Source: an uncultured Veillonellaceae bacterium
Lineage (GTDB): Bacteria; Bacillota; Negativicutes; JARBTT01
NCBI GenBank assembly: GCA_963805085.1
Contig: CAWDTA010000002.1
Location: forward strand, 800,001 to 864,000
DNA: 64,000 nt
Reading direction: 5' to 3'
Both the position numbers and the translations under genes were made by a program. Positions within the stretch are counted from its first letter, which is position 1; every line of letters starts with the position of its first letter. The notes beneath the pieces were generated by a model. The model was not told where the DNA came from and made no database searches. It saw only the letters and a list, made by a program, of their open reading frames with translations. Shown here in pieces: positions 62,194-64,000 of the stretch.

Positions 62194-62844
62194 ATGTTCG
62201 TAGCTAATAGAATGACAAAAAATCCAATAGTGGTTGCCCCTAATGATAAAGTTGATGAAGCAGCTCTTATAATGAAGCAGCACGGTTTTCGTCGTCTTCC
62301 AGTTGTAGATCAAGGGCAGGTTGTTGGTTTTTTTAGTGATCGTGATTTGATGAAAGTTACCCCATCACCAGCAACGACTTTGTCAAAATATGAAGTAAAC
62401 TCCTTATTAGCGAAAATGACAGTAAAAGAAATCATGACGAGAAAAGTAATTACAATTAGTGCTGATGCGACAATTGAAGAAGCGGCTCTTATCATGTACA
62501 AACAAAAAATTGGTGGGATGCCAGTTATTAGTAGTACAAATTCACTAGTAGGGATTATCACTGAAACAGATATTTTTAAAGCTTTTGTTGATATTATGAT
62601 TCTTACTGAGCCATCCACACGTATCACAATTAGTGGTGAGGACGCAATTGGTGTTATTCATGGAGTAACGACCGTGTTTGCCGATATGGCAATCAATATT
62701 ACTAGTTTAGTAAGTACGAAAAAAGCAAGTGAAGCTGGTAAATATGACCTCGTTGTTCGTGCACAAATTGATGATGTCGAAGCCGTGAAGGCAAAATTAG
62801 CTGAAAAGGGTTATCAAGTAACGAGTGCAGTGAAAATTGGCTAA
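62194..62844 (+). CDS. CBS-pair plus ACT domain protein (AcuB-like)
   Basis: RRLPVV..PSPATTLS.YE..IGGMPV..GIITETDIF, with a C-terminal ACT-like domain. Confidence 0.85.
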   Translation: MFVANRMTKNPIVVAPNDKVDEAALIMKQHGFRRLPVVDQGQVVGFFSDRDLMKVTPSPATTLSKYEVNSLLAKMTVKEIMTRKVITISADATIEEAALIMYKQKIGGMPVISSTNSLVGIITETDIFKAFVDIMILTEPSTRITISGEDAIGVIHGVTTVFADMAINITSLVSTKKASEAGKYDLVVRAQIDDVEAVKAKLAEKGYQVTSAVKIG

Positions 62845-62930
62845 AATGACTATCGTTATCAATTATAAATAAAATTTATATCTCTGGCAAAAAGTATTTA
62901 CAATCTTTCCTTGCATATGGTAATATATTT

Positions 62931-63025
62931 GCAAGGAGCAGGCGCTTAGTTTACTAGGCAGCCGGGCGTAAAGCAGCAGAGTAATGCCTGTGGGACCATC
63001 TTGATGGTTCTGCGGGCATTTTTTT
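62931..63025 (+). ncRNA. NiCo (czcD) riboswitch with overlapping terminator
   Basis: GAGCAGGC..CAGCCGGGC..GCAGCAG..CTGTGGGAC four-way-junction signature, terminator AATGCCTGTGGGACCATC/GATGGTTCTGCGGGCATT-TTTTT, and a CDF gene downstream. Confidence 0.9.
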
Positions 63026-63103
63026 GTTCTATAATAAAAATTTATAGAAAAAGGTGTACTTTAGAATCTATAGGTTCATTATATATAGAAGGAGTAATCA
63101 GTG

Positions 63104-64000
63104 ATGAAAGAAATCTCTAGTTGTGATAACTACAATGCCTTTGAGGTAGATAGTGGAGGCGATTATATGAGTGAAGAACAAAAGAATAATGCCTTGAAAC
63201 AGCGTACAGCTTGGTTATCGATTATATCTAATACCTTATTGGTTATCCTAAAATTAATTGTTGGGCTATATACTGGAGCGGTTAGCTTGGTGTCAGAAGC
63301 GGTACACTCGACAGTTGATTTATTAGCGGCAGTGATTGCTTTTTACGCAGTAAAGACTGCGGTTGAACCACCAGACGAAAAGCATGAATACGGACATGGT
63401 AAGTTTGAAAATTTATCAAGCGCCGTGGAGGCACTATTAATCGTTTTTGCAGCGGTTTGGATTGTCTATGAATCGGTGCATAAATTAAGTAATTTGAGTG
63501 AACCAGAATACTTAGAATACGGGATTGTGATAATGATCATTTCTATCATTATCAATTATTTTGTATCGGGTAGATTGATGAAAGTTGCCAAACAAACGCA
63601 CTCGCAAGCACTAGAGGCCGATGGTTTACATTTAAGAGCGGATATATGGACCTCTGTTGGTGTATTAGCTGGCTTAGTTGCGATCAAATTAACGGGCTGG
63701 TTATGGCTAGATCCAGTAAGTGCGATTTTAGTTGCCGGGATTATCTTTAAAGCTGGTTATGAAATGACAGTGGCAAGTGCCAAAGAACTGACGGATATCA
63801 GTTTGCCAATCGAAGATGAAAAGATCATTGAAGACATTTTTAATGAGCATAAAGCCGTTATTGATTTTCATAAACTTAGAACACGGCGTTCTGGCGCGTA
63901 TCGCTTGCTTGATGTGCATATTATTTTAGATAAAGATATGCATCTTGATAAGGTGCATGATATCTGTGATCAATTGGAGCATAAAATTAAAGTTGCCCTT
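63104..64000 (+). CDS. Cation diffusion facilitator (CzcD/FieF family) exporter, truncated at the window edge (absent from the ORF track)
   Basis: Manual translation gives SEAVHSTVD, PPDEKHEYGHGKFE, ADGLHLRADIWTS, WLDP and LRTRRSG. In-frame starts at 63101/63104 and 63167. Confidence 0.93.
   Translation, partial: MKEISSCDNYNAFEVDSGGDYMSEEQKNNALKQRTAWLSIISNTLLVILKLIVGLYTGAVSLVSEAVHSTVDLLAAVIAFYAVKTAVEPPDEKHEYGHGKFENLSSAVEALLIVFAAVWIVYESVHKLSNLSEPEYLEYGIVIMIISIIINYFVSGRLMKVAKQTHSQALEADGLHLRADIWTSVGVLAGLVAIKLTGWLWLDPVSAILVAGIIFKAGYEMTVASAKELTDISLPIEDEKIIEDIFNEHKAVIDFHKLRTRRSGAYRLLDVHIILDKDMHLDKVHDICDQLEHKIKVAL

Overview
This window spans the chromosomal replication origin of a low-GC, spore-forming Firmicute, most likely a Negativicute (Sporomusaceae/Selenomonadales-like; inferred from gene content). 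The core is gyrB-remB-dciA-recF-yaaA-dnaN-oriC-dnaA | rpmH-rnpA-yidD-yidC-jag-mnmE-mnmG-rsmG-noc ... soj-spo0J, with two perfect parS sites. Left of the origin are a truncated group II intron inserted behind an attenuator-like leader, a HUH tyrosine transposase (RAYT/TIRYT type), a BirA-controlled bioB-bioX-bioW-bioF-bioD-bioA operon, tRNA-Pro, a candidate sRNA, and an IS200-type element sitting between a yybP-ykoY Mn2+ riboswitch and terC. Right of the origin are a sorbitol PTS operon and a split MetH between noc and soj, an aspA-hydF pair, an M23 peptidase plus bactofilin, a three-gene glutamate synthase with a long structured leader, three livK paralogues plus livHMGF, and a NiCo riboswitch ahead of a CDF metal exporter. 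The best candidate for an undescribed system is the RAYT locus (1352-4629). There, five GGGAC[AG]-core elements in alternating orientation bound cargo segments, including a diverged duplicate of the tctC-repeat-bioA 3' end region. All calls were made by eye, without database searches or folding software.
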